Assembly: GCA_039809325.1 (NCBI GenBank) | Contig: JBDHUS010000001.1 | Coordinates: forward strand, 391 to 64,390 | Reading direction: 5' to 3' | Source of the DNA: Minisyncoccia bacterium | Lineage (GTDB): Bacteria; Patescibacteriota; Minisyncoccia; Phycocordibacterales; UBA5272 | DNA: 64,000 nucleotides | Position numbers and translations under genes: made by a program | Notes under the pieces: model-generated | Seen by the model: the letters and a program-made list of their open reading frames with translations, nothing else | The model's database searches: none | What the model was told of the DNA's origin: nothing | Shown: piece by piece, positions 30,400 through 40,048 of the stretch | Numbering within the stretch: the stretch's first letter is position 1 | How the letters are laid out: the number at the start of each line of letters is the position of its first letter

Positions 30400-30575
30400 T
30401 TAAAATAAAATCTCACAATTTAAATTGTAAGATTTTATTAGGTACTTAATTATATGTATCTACCTTTAAAAAAAATTTAAAGTGGGTAGAGAAAACTTGA
30501 GTCCACAGACATAAGTCAATATCTCATCACCCGTAAGATACTTATAAAGATAAATAATATGAATTAAGTACCTAT
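30400..30575 (-). ncRNA. Candidate standalone structured ncRNA (~170 nt)
   Basis: Promoter TTGCAT-N16-TAAAAT (30607-30580), 13-bp closing stem 30439-51/30562-74, three inner hairpins, terminator 30404-30439. Confidence 0.5.
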
Positions 30576-30636
30576 TCATATTTTAACCTTTTTAATTTTT
30601 TATGCAAAATTGACTAATTTGTAATATTAATACAAA

Positions 30637-31251
30637 TTATTCTAAATGCCCATCCAGATCTATATCGTATAGCATTTTTTCTTGTATAGATTTCCATTTT
30701 ATAAGCTCATTTTCTTCAAACCAAACTGAAATTTCTCTTTCTGCCGCACCTTCTCCATCTGCTGGATCAGTACAATGAATTAAATTTCTTACAGCTCTTC
30801 CTCCGTCCGCGTCAGCTAAATAATAAGTATCAAGTGTATAATCTCCTCTTATCGTACCTGTGTCAGCTTTTGCTGGTTCAGTACCTCCTACCAATCTTTT
30901 AACGACTGTTTGGGCACTATTACCTTCTAAAACTAGAACAACAACAGGAGAACATATAAGATACTTTACTAAACCATTTAATATGTCTTGTCCGTACTCC
31001 TTAGCACTTTTTTCTATAGGTAGTCCCAAAACTTTTCTATTAGAAATAACATTTTTTTCGCCTTTTTCAATAAGCCAAGCATCATCCTTATTATAATGAG
31101 CTAAAGCTTGTTCTTCACTGGCCAATATCATTTTCATGCCTATAATTTTTAAACCTATTTTTTCAAATCTTTGTATTATATTGCCTACAAGACCTCTTTG
31201 TACTGAGTCTGGTTTTAAAATAATAAAAGTTCTTTCTTTTTTTGGATGCAT
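30637..31251 (-). CDS. ndk: Nucleoside diphosphate kinase
   Basis: ERTFIILKPDSVQRGL, GTIRGDY, RNLIHCTD. Confidence 0.95.
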   Translation of the reverse strand: MHPKKERTFIILKPDSVQRGLVGNIIQRFEKIGLKIIGMKMILASEEQALAHYNKDDAWLIEKGEKNVISNRKVLGLPIEKSAKEYGQDILNGLVKYLICSPVVVLVLEGNSAQTVVKRLVGGTEPAKADTGTIRGDYTLDTYYLADADGGRAVRNLIHCTDPADGEGAAEREISVWFEENELIKWKSIQEKMLYDIDLDGHLE

Positions 31252-31311
31252 ATAAATTTAATTTTAAAATAATAAGACTATAATAACATAGAAAAGAAAA
31301 AATGAAAATAA

Positions 31312-31968
31312 TTACTTAATTTTTATTTCTGGCTTGAATATTGATGACACAGTAAAGGTTGCAGTAAATATATCTAGATTATAAGCCCCATATTTAACCT
31401 CTATATCTTGACTATCATTACAGTCGTTAATATATAGAAGTGGATTTCTATTCATATTTTTTGCTCCTAATGTATAGTCCCCCGCCTTTTCTAAAATAAA
31501 AGAATTTACCCAATTACTACTAATAAATTGAATGTCTTTATTCCCATCATTATATGTATATGCTTCTAAATTTGAAACTAACATATTTGCTGGAATAGTT
31601 TTATTGTATTTTGCTGGACAAATCACAGAAATATCTGTAGAGTTAAATAATGGAACAATCTCTTCTCCTTTCATATATTCCTTTTTCTTTGTATTGAACG
31701 TTATAATATGTGATAAAGTTAAAGTATTATTATCACCACCTGTCCAATTTGTTCTAGGAGAACAAATTTCTCCTGAAGTTCCTGGTGGACATCCTCCCTC
31801 TAAATATACTTTACTTATAGTAGTGCAGTCTACTCTTGGTAGCATTTCACTTATAGGATTTACACATCCTATATCTCTATAGGTAATATATTCAGTGAGA
31901 GCTGAAGAGTTATTAATAAGTATAAAACTTATAAAAGTAAAAAGTATATATAATTTTATTTTTTTCAT
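31312..31968 (-). CDS. Hypothetical secreted Cys-containing protein
   Basis: Signal peptide, 6 Cys, 218 aa. Confidence 0.7.
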   Translation of the reverse strand: MKKIKLYILFTFISFILINNSSALTEYITYRDIGCVNPISEMLPRVDCTTISKVYLEGGCPPGTSGEICSPRTNWTGGDNNTLTLSHIITFNTKKKEYMKGEEIVPLFNSTDISVICPAKYNKTIPANMLVSNLEAYTYNDGNKDIQFISSNWVNSFILEKAGDYTLGAKNMNRNPLLYINDCNDSQDIEVKYGAYNLDIFTATFTVSSIFKPEIKIK

Positions 31969-32000
31969 ATAAATAAATTATATCATGTTATTTTTCAGAA

Positions 32001-32037
32001 AATAAAAACCTCTGTATTTTATACAGAGGTTTTTATT
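32001..32037. terminator. Terminator after rpsR
   Basis: AATAAAAACCTCTGTAT...ATACAGAGGTTTTTATT. Confidence 0.7.
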
Positions 32038-32243
32038 TATCTTGAGATATAAGGCATAAGACCTATAAATCTTGCTCTTTTAATAGCGTTAGATAAAGCC
32101 CTTTGATTTTTAGCGGACAAATTAGTCTTTCTACGATTCAAAATCCTACCATTAGGATTTATAAATTTTTGAAGCAAATCTATAGCTTTATAATCTACTT
32201 TAATATTATTTTCTTTGAAATAATCTTGTCTTTTATTCTTCAT
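32037..32243 (-). CDS. rpsR: 30S ribosomal protein S18
   Basis: VDYK...L.KFI...GRIL.RR.T...QR.L..AIKRAR..GLMPY. Confidence 0.95.
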   Translation of the reverse strand: MKNKRQDYFKENNIKVDYKAIDLLQKFINPNGRILNRRKTNLSAKNQRALSNAIKRARFIGLMPYISR

Positions 32244-32264
32244 AATTTTCTAATTAGTTAATAT

Positions 32265-32720
32265 TTAAAAAGGAATGTCGTCTGGATTTATATCGATATC
32301 GCCATAATCAATGGTATCAAATTCATCTTCTTTTAAAACAGATTCTTTTTCTGTTGTATTAGTAGTAGAAGTATTAAAATCTCCTGATTTTGTAGTTGGA
32401 CCAAATTGAAAATTCTCTGCTACAATTTCAGTACGATACTTCTTACCTCCACCATTCTGATCTTCCCAACTTCTAGTCTGGATTCTTCCTTCTATATACA
32501 CAGGTTTTCCTTTTTTAAGCCACTGAGCAAAAACTTCAGCTAATTTACCGAAAGCTACCACATTATGAAACTCCGCTACTTCTTTTTTTGTACCACTTTG
32601 ATCTTTGTAAGATCTATTTGTAGCTAATCCAAAAGAGATTACTTTATTTCCATTTGGAAGACTTTTTAAATCTGGATCGCTAGTGAGATTACCATATAAC
32701 ATTACCTTATTTAAATACAT
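32265..32720 (-). CDS. ssb: Single-stranded DNA-binding protein
   Basis: LNKVMLYGNL, EGRIQTRSW, C-terminal DDIPF. Confidence 0.97.
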   Translation of the reverse strand: MYLNKVMLYGNLTSDPDLKSLPNGNKVISFGLATNRSYKDQSGTKKEVAEFHNVVAFGKLAEVFAQWLKKGKPVYIEGRIQTRSWEDQNGGGKKYRTEIVAENFQFGPTTKSGDFNTSTTNTTEKESVLKEDEFDTIDYGDIDINPDDIPF

Positions 32721-32804
32721 ATTTTTATATTTATTTATATTTATTAATATTTATCGATTCTTGAGATAATACAATTATATCACAAAAATAGCATAATTAT
32801 ATTT

Positions 32805-33329
32805 TTATAAATCTTGTATTTCTTCTTCAAGATCTTTTTTCACCTCTTCGTCAAGATCTTCTTCTTTATCATCTTGATTTGTTGTGTCGATATCAGAATT
32901 AATGCTTAAAACATCATCTTTTTGAGAAGGTGCTATAGTAGGGTCTGCTTTCATCACTGGTATATCTTTGGTGAAAATATTATCTTCTTTTGTTGTTTTA
33001 ACAATTAAAAATCTAATAATCTCTTCATCTAATTTAAGTCTTTTATTTATTTCTTCTATAAAAGAAGGAGCTATTTCGAATTTAATCCACCCAAAATAAC
33101 CTTCTGTAAATCTTGTATTTACATTATTCACTACTCTAATCATCTCATAAGATAGCTCACGCATGTATGGAGTTTCTTCTGAAATGAAGCTTCCTTCGAA
33201 GGAAGCGATATCTTTTTTTAGGCTTTCAGCTTTATCTAAAGCTTTTTCCTCTGTTAAACGATTGTCAAAAATAAATGATATTTCATATATTTTTTTCTCG
33301 TCTGACATCATGGATTCATTTTCATTCAT
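32805..33329 (-). CDS. rpsF: 30S ribosomal protein S6 with acidic tail
   Basis: YEISFI, RELSYEM, GYF, IIRFLIVK; rpsF-ssb-rpsR order. Confidence 0.9.
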   Translation of the reverse strand: MNENESMMSDEKKIYEISFIFDNRLTEEKALDKAESLKKDIASFEGSFISEETPYMRELSYEMIRVVNNVNTRFTEGYFGWIKFEIAPSFIEEINKRLKLDEEIIRFLIVKTTKEDNIFTKDIPVMKADPTIAPSQKDDVLSINSDIDTTNQDDKEEDLDEEVKKDLEEEIQDL

Positions 33330-33381
33330 ATTTTTATTTTTAAATAACTAATAATATATCTATTATAACACAAAAAAACTT

Positions 33382-34254
33382 TTATTTCAAGAAGCTATTT
33401 TTAAAATTATCTTTCAAAATATTTTTAAATTCTTCCCTATTTTCAATTTCTTTTATTTCACAAATTTTATTAAAAACATCAACTACAAAGCTAGGCTCAT
33501 TTCTTTTAGCTTCTTTCCTGCGAGATTTTGGCATGACAAATGGGGAGTCTGTCTCGATGTGAATTTTATCAAGCGGGATACTTTTTATCATTTCATTATA
33601 TTCATCAGTAAAAGTACAAACTGCTGGTATTGAAACTGTAAAATTTGGAAGACTATTTAAAATATTTTCTACGACATTTTTTGTCCCAACAAAAAAGTGA
33701 AAATTGCCTTTTGCTTCTTTGTATTCTTTTAAAATTTCTATACCATCCAAATATGCATCTTCTTTATTATCATTCACCTCACTTGGGCGAATGTGTAGCA
33801 TGAGAGGAATATTCAATTCTAAAGCTAATTTAATTTGCTCTCTAAAGACTTTTTTCTGCTTTTCTATTTCACTTTCTAATTCTTCTTTTGTGATTTTACT
33901 TGCTTCAAGATCTTTATATAAATAAAAATAATCAAGGCCACACTCTCCTATACAAAGACATTTTTCTCCAAAAAGATTTTTTAATTTTGAAAAATATTCT
34001 TTACTATTTTCTGAAGCAAAATTAAATTCTTCTTTATTGTCTGCTGGATGAAGACCAATACTATAAAAAATATTTCGATTTTCCTCTGACAACTTCTTTG
34101 CCAATTCTGACTCTTTAAAAGCTGTCCCGATACAAATTGTTACGATTCCCGCGTCATTCATTCTTTTTATAGTTTCTTCTCTCTCATTGTCATATCCGTC
34201 AAATTGCAGATGAGAATGAATATCAATGTATTCTATTTTAGATAAATCAATCAT
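33382..34254 (-). CDS. tatD: TatD-family hydrolase
   Basis: IDIHSH, IGLHP, IGECGLDY, LHIR, HFF, IETDSPF, RNEP; likely start ATG 34254. Confidence 0.92.
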   Translation of the reverse strand: MIDLSKIEYIDIHSHLQFDGYDNEREETIKRMNDAGIVTICIGTAFKESELAKKLSEENRNIFYSIGLHPADNKEEFNFASENSKEYFSKLKNLFGEKCLCIGECGLDYFYLYKDLEASKITKEELESEIEKQKKVFREQIKLALELNIPLMLHIRPSEVNDNKEDAYLDGIEILKEYKEAKGNFHFFVGTKNVVENILNSLPNFTVSIPAVCTFTDEYNEMIKSIPLDKIHIETDSPFVMPKSRRKEAKRNEPSFVVDVFNKICEIKEIENREEFKNILKDNFKNSFLK

Positions 34255-34255
34255 A

Positions 34256-35749
34256 TTAAACTCTAGCAAAAAGTGGCTTTTCTGGCATTTTGTTTTCTTT
34301 TACAAGTTCATATATTTTCATACTAGTTTTAGGCATAAAGAAATATAAGTGGTGAGATATAAATAATAAATCGATAATACATTTTTTTAAAATCTCTTTT
34401 CCATCTACTATTTCTTTTTGATTTTCACTTTTTAAAAGTTTAAATGGTGCAGTTTCTTGAATATATTCATCTAGCTTTTTTTGTTTATCTGTCACAAAAT
34501 GAATTGCTTCATTTAATTTAAAATTATTTAGATAATTTTTATAATTTTCATTTAAATTAATTTTTTCTACTTCTTCTATTATTTTAGAAATTTCTAGCTC
34601 ATTTAAATATTGATTTGATAATTTCATTATACGATTTACTTGGTTACCAAGTCCATTTTGTAAAAAAATAATATATGAATTTTTAATTGATTCATGAGTA
34701 ATGTCACTATCTTCAAAATTTGATACTTCATGAGTAAGTACAAATCGCAGTACTTCTTCTGGGTATTCTGCTACTTCTTTATAATTATTAATAACTTCAA
34801 AAGGGCTTATCACATTTCCAATACTCTTACTCATTTTCTGTCCTCCTGAAATTATAAAACCATTAATAATAATATTTGTAGAATTTGGAATGTCTGCTGC
34901 CATTAGCATGGCTTGCCAAATTGCTGACTGATATCTAAGATTGTCCTTACCGCAATATTGTACCACTTCCCTTTTATCATTCTCTTTTTGGACCCAAAAC
35001 TTTTCAAAATTTTCTCCGTTTGGCCAAGATAAAGTTGAAATATAATTTGTAAGAGCGTCAAACCAAACATACATTACATGTTCCTCATCATCTGGCACTG
35101 GTATACCCCAACTCATTTTGGAAGCAAGACGAGAAATGGAAAAATCTTGTAAACCATTTTTTACAAAATTTTTAATCTCATTAAATCTAAAATCAGGAAT
35201 AACAAAATTAGGATTTTCTTCGTAAAATTTTAAAAGTCTTTCTTCTAACTTTGAAAAAGCAAAAAAATAATTTTCCTCTTCTCTTATTTCTATTTTTCTA
35301 TTTGAATGTATAGCACAATCTCCATTTTCATCAAGTTCATTATCTTGCTTTTCTGATTCACAACCAACACAATATTTCATTTTATAATTTTTTTTATAGA
35401 TAAAACCATTTTCTTTTACTCTTCTCCATATCTCTTGAGCTGCTTCTATATGTTTTTTTTCTGTTGTACGAATAAAAGTATTATTAGAAATATTTAAAAG
35501 TTCCAATGCTTCAATAAATTTTTGAGCATTTCGATCAACATACTTTTGTGTATCTATATCCTCTTCTTTTGCGGCCTCAAAAAGTTTTTGACCATGCTCA
35601 TCGGTACCGGTATTGAAAAATACATTATATCCCTCGCTTCTTTTATATCTTACAACAACATCCGCTCTCACAATTTCAAGAGCAAAGCCAATATGTGGAT
35701 TTGCATTCACATATGGAAGAGTGGTTGTTAAATAAAAATTCTTATTCAT
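34256..35749 (-). CDS. metG: Methionine--tRNA ligase (short monomeric form)
   Basis: TTTLPYVNANPHIGF, GTDEHGQK, YVWFDAL, GKDN, KMSKS. Confidence 0.96.
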   Translation of the reverse strand: MNKNFYLTTTLPYVNANPHIGFALEIVRADVVVRYKRSEGYNVFFNTGTDEHGQKLFEAAKEEDIDTQKYVDRNAQKFIEALELLNISNNTFIRTTEKKHIEAAQEIWRRVKENGFIYKKNYKMKYCVGCESEKQDNELDENGDCAIHSNRKIEIREEENYFFAFSKLEERLLKFYEENPNFVIPDFRFNEIKNFVKNGLQDFSISRLASKMSWGIPVPDDEEHVMYVWFDALTNYISTLSWPNGENFEKFWVQKENDKREVVQYCGKDNLRYQSAIWQAMLMAADIPNSTNIIINGFIISGGQKMSKSIGNVISPFEVINNYKEVAEYPEEVLRFVLTHEVSNFEDSDITHESIKNSYIIFLQNGLGNQVNRIMKLSNQYLNELEISKIIEEVEKINLNENYKNYLNNFKLNEAIHFVTDKQKKLDEYIQETAPFKLLKSENQKEIVDGKEILKKCIIDLLFISHHLYFFMPKTSMKIYELVKENKMPEKPLFARV

Positions 35750-35818
35750 AGTATTAAATTAAGTCTAATATATCACGAAAGAGATTTTGGAAAAAGGGAG
35801 AAAGATACAGAAAATACT

Positions 35819-35841
35819 GGGCGACACCTTCGGTGTCGCCC
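35819..35841. repeat. REP-like 23-bp hairpin, copy 2
   Basis: GGGCGACACC-TTC-GGTGTCGCCC with AT-rich inverted arms (35805-35855). Confidence 0.8.
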
Positions 35842-35856
35842 AGTATTTTTTGTATT

Positions 35857-36378
35857 CTATTCCCCCACCATCTCCACCAACCTATCTATTCCCTTTTTAT
35901 AGTCTTTTTCAAAGATTATTTGATTTGGAAATTCTTTATTTGCAACTTGCAATATATACTCTAAATGATCTGCAATACCTCCAGAATCTTTTATAACCAA
36001 AACTTTTTTACCTTCTTCTAAAGCAATAGTAAATTCTGATAAAGTTCCGATTCTTCCACCAATTAGAATAATAGCATCAGAATCTTCTATCATTTTTAAA
36101 CTTCTTGCAGTAAAGCCTTGTATAAATTTCATTTCAGAGAAGTATTTAGAGTTTAAGTTATCATTTTGTAGATTATGACTATCTTCATCAATGTCAGGAG
36201 AATAAGCGATAATATTTTTACTATTACAACTTTTTACAATAAGTCCAGGAATACCATCACACCCACCTGTTAGAATAGAAATATCTTTTTCTTCCAAATA
36301 TTTACCCACACCACCGCAAAGACTTACAAGATTTTTATCTTTGGTAGTTTCTGCTGAACCGATAATTGCTATTTTCAT
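35857..36378 (-). CDS. LOG/SLOG-family protein
   Basis: KIAIIGSA, ILTGGCDG, ARSLKMI, GGRIGTLSEF. Confidence 0.85.
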   Translation of the reverse strand: MKIAIIGSAETTKDKNLVSLCGGVGKYLEEKDISILTGGCDGIPGLIVKSCNSKNIIAYSPDIDEDSHNLQNDNLNSKYFSEMKFIQGFTARSLKMIEDSDAIILIGGRIGTLSEFTIALEEGKKVLVIKDSGGIADHLEYILQVANKEFPNQIIFEKDYKKGIDRLVEMVGE

Positions 36379-36380
36379 AA

Positions 36381-37061
36381 TTATTTTTTACGAGCTTTGA
36401 TGATGAAATAACCAGGATATTTATTTTGATTAATTTGTTCTGAGGCAGGATCCCAAGATTCTCTAAAATCTATCAGCTCAAATCTTTCAAAGAAAGATTT
36501 ATTTAAGTATTCATTCATAGTATGAGTTGGCTCTTGCAATTCTACTGTACCATCAAGAATTAAACAATTAACTATTTTTTGTTTAAAATAATCTCCATTA
36601 TTTTCTTTTCTCTCTATAAATTGTCTAAGTGGGTGTGTTACTAAATAAATAAATTCTCCACCCTGTTTTAAAACTCTATATACCTCATCAAATATAGGCT
36701 GGATATTTTTAGAAGTCATTAGAGCATATTTAGAATAAACACTATCAAATGAACTATTTTCAAAAGGTAGATTTTCTGCTAAACAGTTAACATATTCAAT
36801 ATTTGGATATTTCTTTTTGGCTATTTCCAATAATCCTTCTGATGAATCTATACCTACAACTTCACCACCTAAAAATCTATAATATTCCGCATCTATACCG
36901 TCTCCACATCCAACATCTAATACTTTTTTATCCTTTAACGATCCTTCTAAAGTTTTGTAGAAATCATATTTAGATATATGATTATTATCTTTAAGACTAG
37001 TTTCTTTCTCAAATAAGTTAGCTATGGAATTATATTGTTTATCTAAATTATTTATTTTCAT
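36381..37061 (-). CDS. Class I SAM-dependent methyltransferase
   Basis: VLDVGCGDG, AENLPF..SSFD, YRVLKQGG, THP. Confidence 0.9.
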   Translation of the reverse strand: MKINNLDKQYNSIANLFEKETSLKDNNHISKYDFYKTLEGSLKDKKVLDVGCGDGIDAEYYRFLGGEVVGIDSSEGLLEIAKKKYPNIEYVNCLAENLPFENSSFDSVYSKYALMTSKNIQPIFDEVYRVLKQGGEFIYLVTHPLRQFIERKENNGDYFKQKIVNCLILDGTVELQEPTHTMNEYLNKSFFERFELIDFRESWDPASEQINQNKYPGYFIIKARKK

Positions 37062-37129
37062 ATTTTTATTTATATAAAGATTCTACATAAAAAGTATTGA
37101 CATATCAATAAAATATGTCTTTATATAGT

Positions 37130-37155
37130 CATTTTTAACTAAAAAGTTAAAAATG
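37130..37155. promoter_or_regulatory. Palindromic operator between divergent MTase and regulator genes
   Basis: CATTTTTAACT-N4-AGTTAAAAATG, adjacent to extended -10 TGATATAAT. Confidence 0.55.
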
Positions 37156-37170
37156 TGATATAATTAAAAA

Positions 37171-38016
37171 ATGATTTTTTCTGAAAAACCTACAGTAAAA
37201 GATATTGTAATAATGGAATTATTACAATCCGCAAGAAATGCGGAAGACTTAAGAAACTTATTAAAAAATGAGTATAATAAGAATTTAACTATATTTGGTG
37301 TATATAAAATTTTGAGAGAACTTAAAAAAGAGTATTTAGTAATAAAAACAGAAAAAATATATAGTATTTCTGAGGAATGGAAAACTAAATTGTATAAAAA
37401 TATTAAAAGTAGCCATGAAGAAAATAGTTTGTTAAATATAGAAGATGGTGAAAAAATAGAATTTAAATTTACTTCCCTTTCTGGTTTAGACTATCAGTGG
37501 AAAAATATAATGTTATACATAAAATCAATTAATCCAAAATATCCTATTTTCTTTCAAATGGAACATCAATTTTGGACAATGTTGAATGATAATAGAAAGA
37601 AAAGTGAGTATGAGTATATACAATCTTTTAATAAAGAAAAAAGTTTTGCTTTTTATTCAGTAGGAGGAAATACAAAATTTGATAAATCGTTTAAAAAAGA
37701 TTTTTCTAATGAATATATAAAAATAAATACAGGTGAAGAATTATTGAATAACAATAATAAGCAAATTAGTATATATGATGAATATATAATATTTACAATT
37801 ATACCTGAATTAGAAGCAAAAAAAATAAACAATTTATTTGAATCAGTTGAGAAGGTAGAAGATTTACAGAAAAGTATAGAAAATCTACACATAGAGAAAA
37901 GAAATATAAAATTGGTAGTTGAAAGAAATAAAAAGAAAGCTAAAATACTTCGTAAGAAATTATCAAAGAATTTTTACATTCCAAAAGATTTGATAGAGAA
38001 GTATGAGTTATTTTAA
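37171..38016 (+). CDS. Putative winged-HTH transcriptional regulator
   Basis: N-terminal LTIFGVYKILRELKKEYLVIK wHTH-like segment; divergent from the MTase-LOG pair. Confidence 0.65.
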   Translation: MIFSEKPTVKDIVIMELLQSARNAEDLRNLLKNEYNKNLTIFGVYKILRELKKEYLVIKTEKIYSISEEWKTKLYKNIKSSHEENSLLNIEDGEKIEFKFTSLSGLDYQWKNIMLYIKSINPKYPIFFQMEHQFWTMLNDNRKKSEYEYIQSFNKEKSFAFYSVGGNTKFDKSFKKDFSNEYIKINTGEELLNNNNKQISIYDEYIIFTIIPELEAKKINNLFESVEKVEDLQKSIENLHIEKRNIKLVVERNKKKAKILRKKLSKNFYIPKDLIEKYELF

Positions 38017-38023
38017 AAATTCA

Positions 38024-38046
38024 GGGCGATGCCTTTGGCATCGCCC
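38024..38046. repeat. REP-like 23-bp hairpin, copy 3 (bidirectional terminator)
   Basis: GGGCGATGCC-TTT-GGCATCGCCC between convergent genes. Confidence 0.8.
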
Positions 38047-38056
38047 TGAATTTTTC

Positions 38057-39451
38057 TTAATTCGAAGATACTATCCAAGTTTTGTCTATTGATATATCTT
38101 GATTATTAGAAACATTATCTTCTGAATTTCTATCTCCTTTACCAAAAACTACAAATCTAAAGAGATCTCCATTTTTAGCTTCATTTTTAATTCTTACACG
38201 TAAACGTATATTACCAGTTCCATATGCTGGTATTTGTGCAAAATCTACCTTAGAACTCTTATCCCAAACAAAAAGATTATTTTCTTCACCAAGATATCCT
38301 TCTTCTGCTAAAGAATTTTCTATATCTATATCTTTTGTTATTAATTTAGCTTGAATACTTAGATTATCTAGAGGATATGCTGTATTATTTCTATAAATCA
38401 TTTCTATAATAATTGTTTGTCCCGGACTAATATTGTTAGAAGAAAAAAGATCATTAGATATGTCAATATCTAAATATTGCCCTGATATTAGTATATTTTT
38501 CTCTACTTTAGAATAAATATTACTTATATCGAAATTATAATTATCAAAGTTTGATAGAGTATTTGTTGCAATATTTGTGCTGGTAGCATCTTCTTTTTTA
38601 ATCCCTGTAAAAAATGAAAAATTTGCAACTTCCCCTATATTGCCATCTATTTTACCAGACATTATTATATTTTTTTCAGAATTTGCTGGCAAATTATTTA
38701 TTATCCAAGATGGCACATCATTAAATGGCATTAAGGAGGATGTTGCATAAACAAAATTATGTGGATTTCTCGCTGAAATTATTAAATCTTTTATATTATC
38801 TTTTGTATTATTTTTAACAGAGATAGTAAAAGTTGCTACATGTCCTTGATGAATCTCTTTTAAAGCTTTTACATTTATAATTACAGGAGCTGATTTTAAT
38901 ACAATAGAAACAGAATTACTTTCTTTTGTAAATTCTGCTTTTGTTTTTGGTATTTTATAAAAAAGAATAGGTTTAATTTCTTTAATAGATCCTTCGCTTC
39001 CAAAAATAGAAAAATTAAAAGACTTTGTTATTGTGGTATTAGATAATATATCTCCTATTTGTATTTCTTTATTTGTTAAATTCCTACTTCCGTCAATATT
39101 TTCTCCTGAGTCATAGGTTGCCATAATATATGCTTCTGTCAGAGGTATATTATTATTATTACTTATTATTACTTCTATCTTATTATTTTCTCCGCTTGTA
39201 ATAGATCCTGGACCTGTTGAGCTTACAACTATTTTATTTTCAGAAAAAGAAGCTCCTTTATTAATAAAAGAAAAAAGTACAGCCCCACCAGCAATTAAAA
39301 ATATAAATATAGAAAATAAAAATAATTTATAAGTAAAACTTAGTTTCTTTTTAGATTTATGCTCTCCATTTATATTTAAAATATTCAAATCAGAATCTTC
39401 CCACTTCTCAGGAATGTAAGAACTATTTTGTTTCGTCTCTAAATCAATCAT
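38057..39451 (-). CDS. Membrane-anchored Ig-like/DUF11-like repeat protein
   Basis: One TM helix, repeated beta-rich I.N...L....I units. Confidence 0.7.
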   Translation of the reverse strand: MIDLETKQNSSYIPEKWEDSDLNILNINGEHKSKKKLSFTYKLFLFSIFIFLIAGGAVLFSFINKGASFSENKIVVSSTGPGSITSGENNKIEVIISNNNNIPLTEAYIMATYDSGENIDGSRNLTNKEIQIGDILSNTTITKSFNFSIFGSEGSIKEIKPILFYKIPKTKAEFTKESNSVSIVLKSAPVIINVKALKEIHQGHVATFTISVKNNTKDNIKDLIISARNPHNFVYATSSLMPFNDVPSWIINNLPANSEKNIIMSGKIDGNIGEVANFSFFTGIKKEDATSTNIATNTLSNFDNYNFDISNIYSKVEKNILISGQYLDIDISNDLFSSNNISPGQTIIIEMIYRNNTAYPLDNLSIQAKLITKDIDIENSLAEEGYLGEENNLFVWDKSSKVDFAQIPAYGTGNIRLRVRIKNEAKNGDLFRFVVFGKGDRNSEDNVSNNQDISIDKTWIVSSN

Positions 39452-39463
39452 ATGTAATTATAA

Positions 39464-40048
39464 TTATATCATGCTATGATTTAGTACAAAAACAATATGC
39501 TCCTTGACTTCTTTTTCATTTAAGAGAAAGTGCGTAAAAAAATCTTTCATTTCAAAATTTTTGTATTCTATAATATCTTTCACCCCTATAACTTTTGCAT
39601 CAGCATATCCTGTGTCTACAAGCACCAAATAATAAATCAATATTTTTAACTTAAGCGGGTCCATCTGGGTAAGACCATTTGAACAAATCGTTAAAAATTT
39701 TAACTTTTCAAAAAGCTTTTTATATGTTTTCTTTTCCTCTAAGAATCTACTTATTGTTTCAGAGATTAATGATTTTATTTCAGAAAAATATTGTGAAGTG
39801 CCAAGATTTTCTTTTATCTCTTCTACCCCAGTGAGTCTCCAAATATCTTTTCCTTTTACAAGAGTCATATTTAAAAACTCATTTTTTTTAGCATTCATGC
39901 GGAGCTTGGCATTTATTTTTCTTATACTTCTTGCAAGTACAAAAATAATACCAAAATCTTTGGTCCAAACTTTATAAACAAGATCATTTTCGTCTTGTGC
40001 ATATTCTTTCAAAATAAAAGCTTCAGTTGTGTATTTTTCAATGGACAT
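39464..40048 (-). CDS. recO: RecO N-terminal domain protein
   Basis: YTTEAFILK...E.D....WTKDFG...ARSIRK..AKLR OB-fold; divergent C-terminus. Confidence 0.75.
   Translation of the reverse strand: MSIEKYTTEAFILKEYAQDENDLVYKVWTKDFGIIFVLARSIRKINAKLRMNAKKNEFLNMTLVKGKDIWRLTGVEEIKENLGTSQYFSEIKSLISETISRFLEEKKTYKKLFEKLKFLTICSNGLTQMDPLKLKILIYYLVLVDTGYADAKVIGVKDIIEYKNFEMKDFFTHFLLNEKEVKEHIVFVLNHSMI

Noticed and set aside
35750-35856. T-box upstream of metG
   Set aside because: No GGTGGTACC-type motif; the hairpin is a REP-like terminator of the upstream LOG gene.
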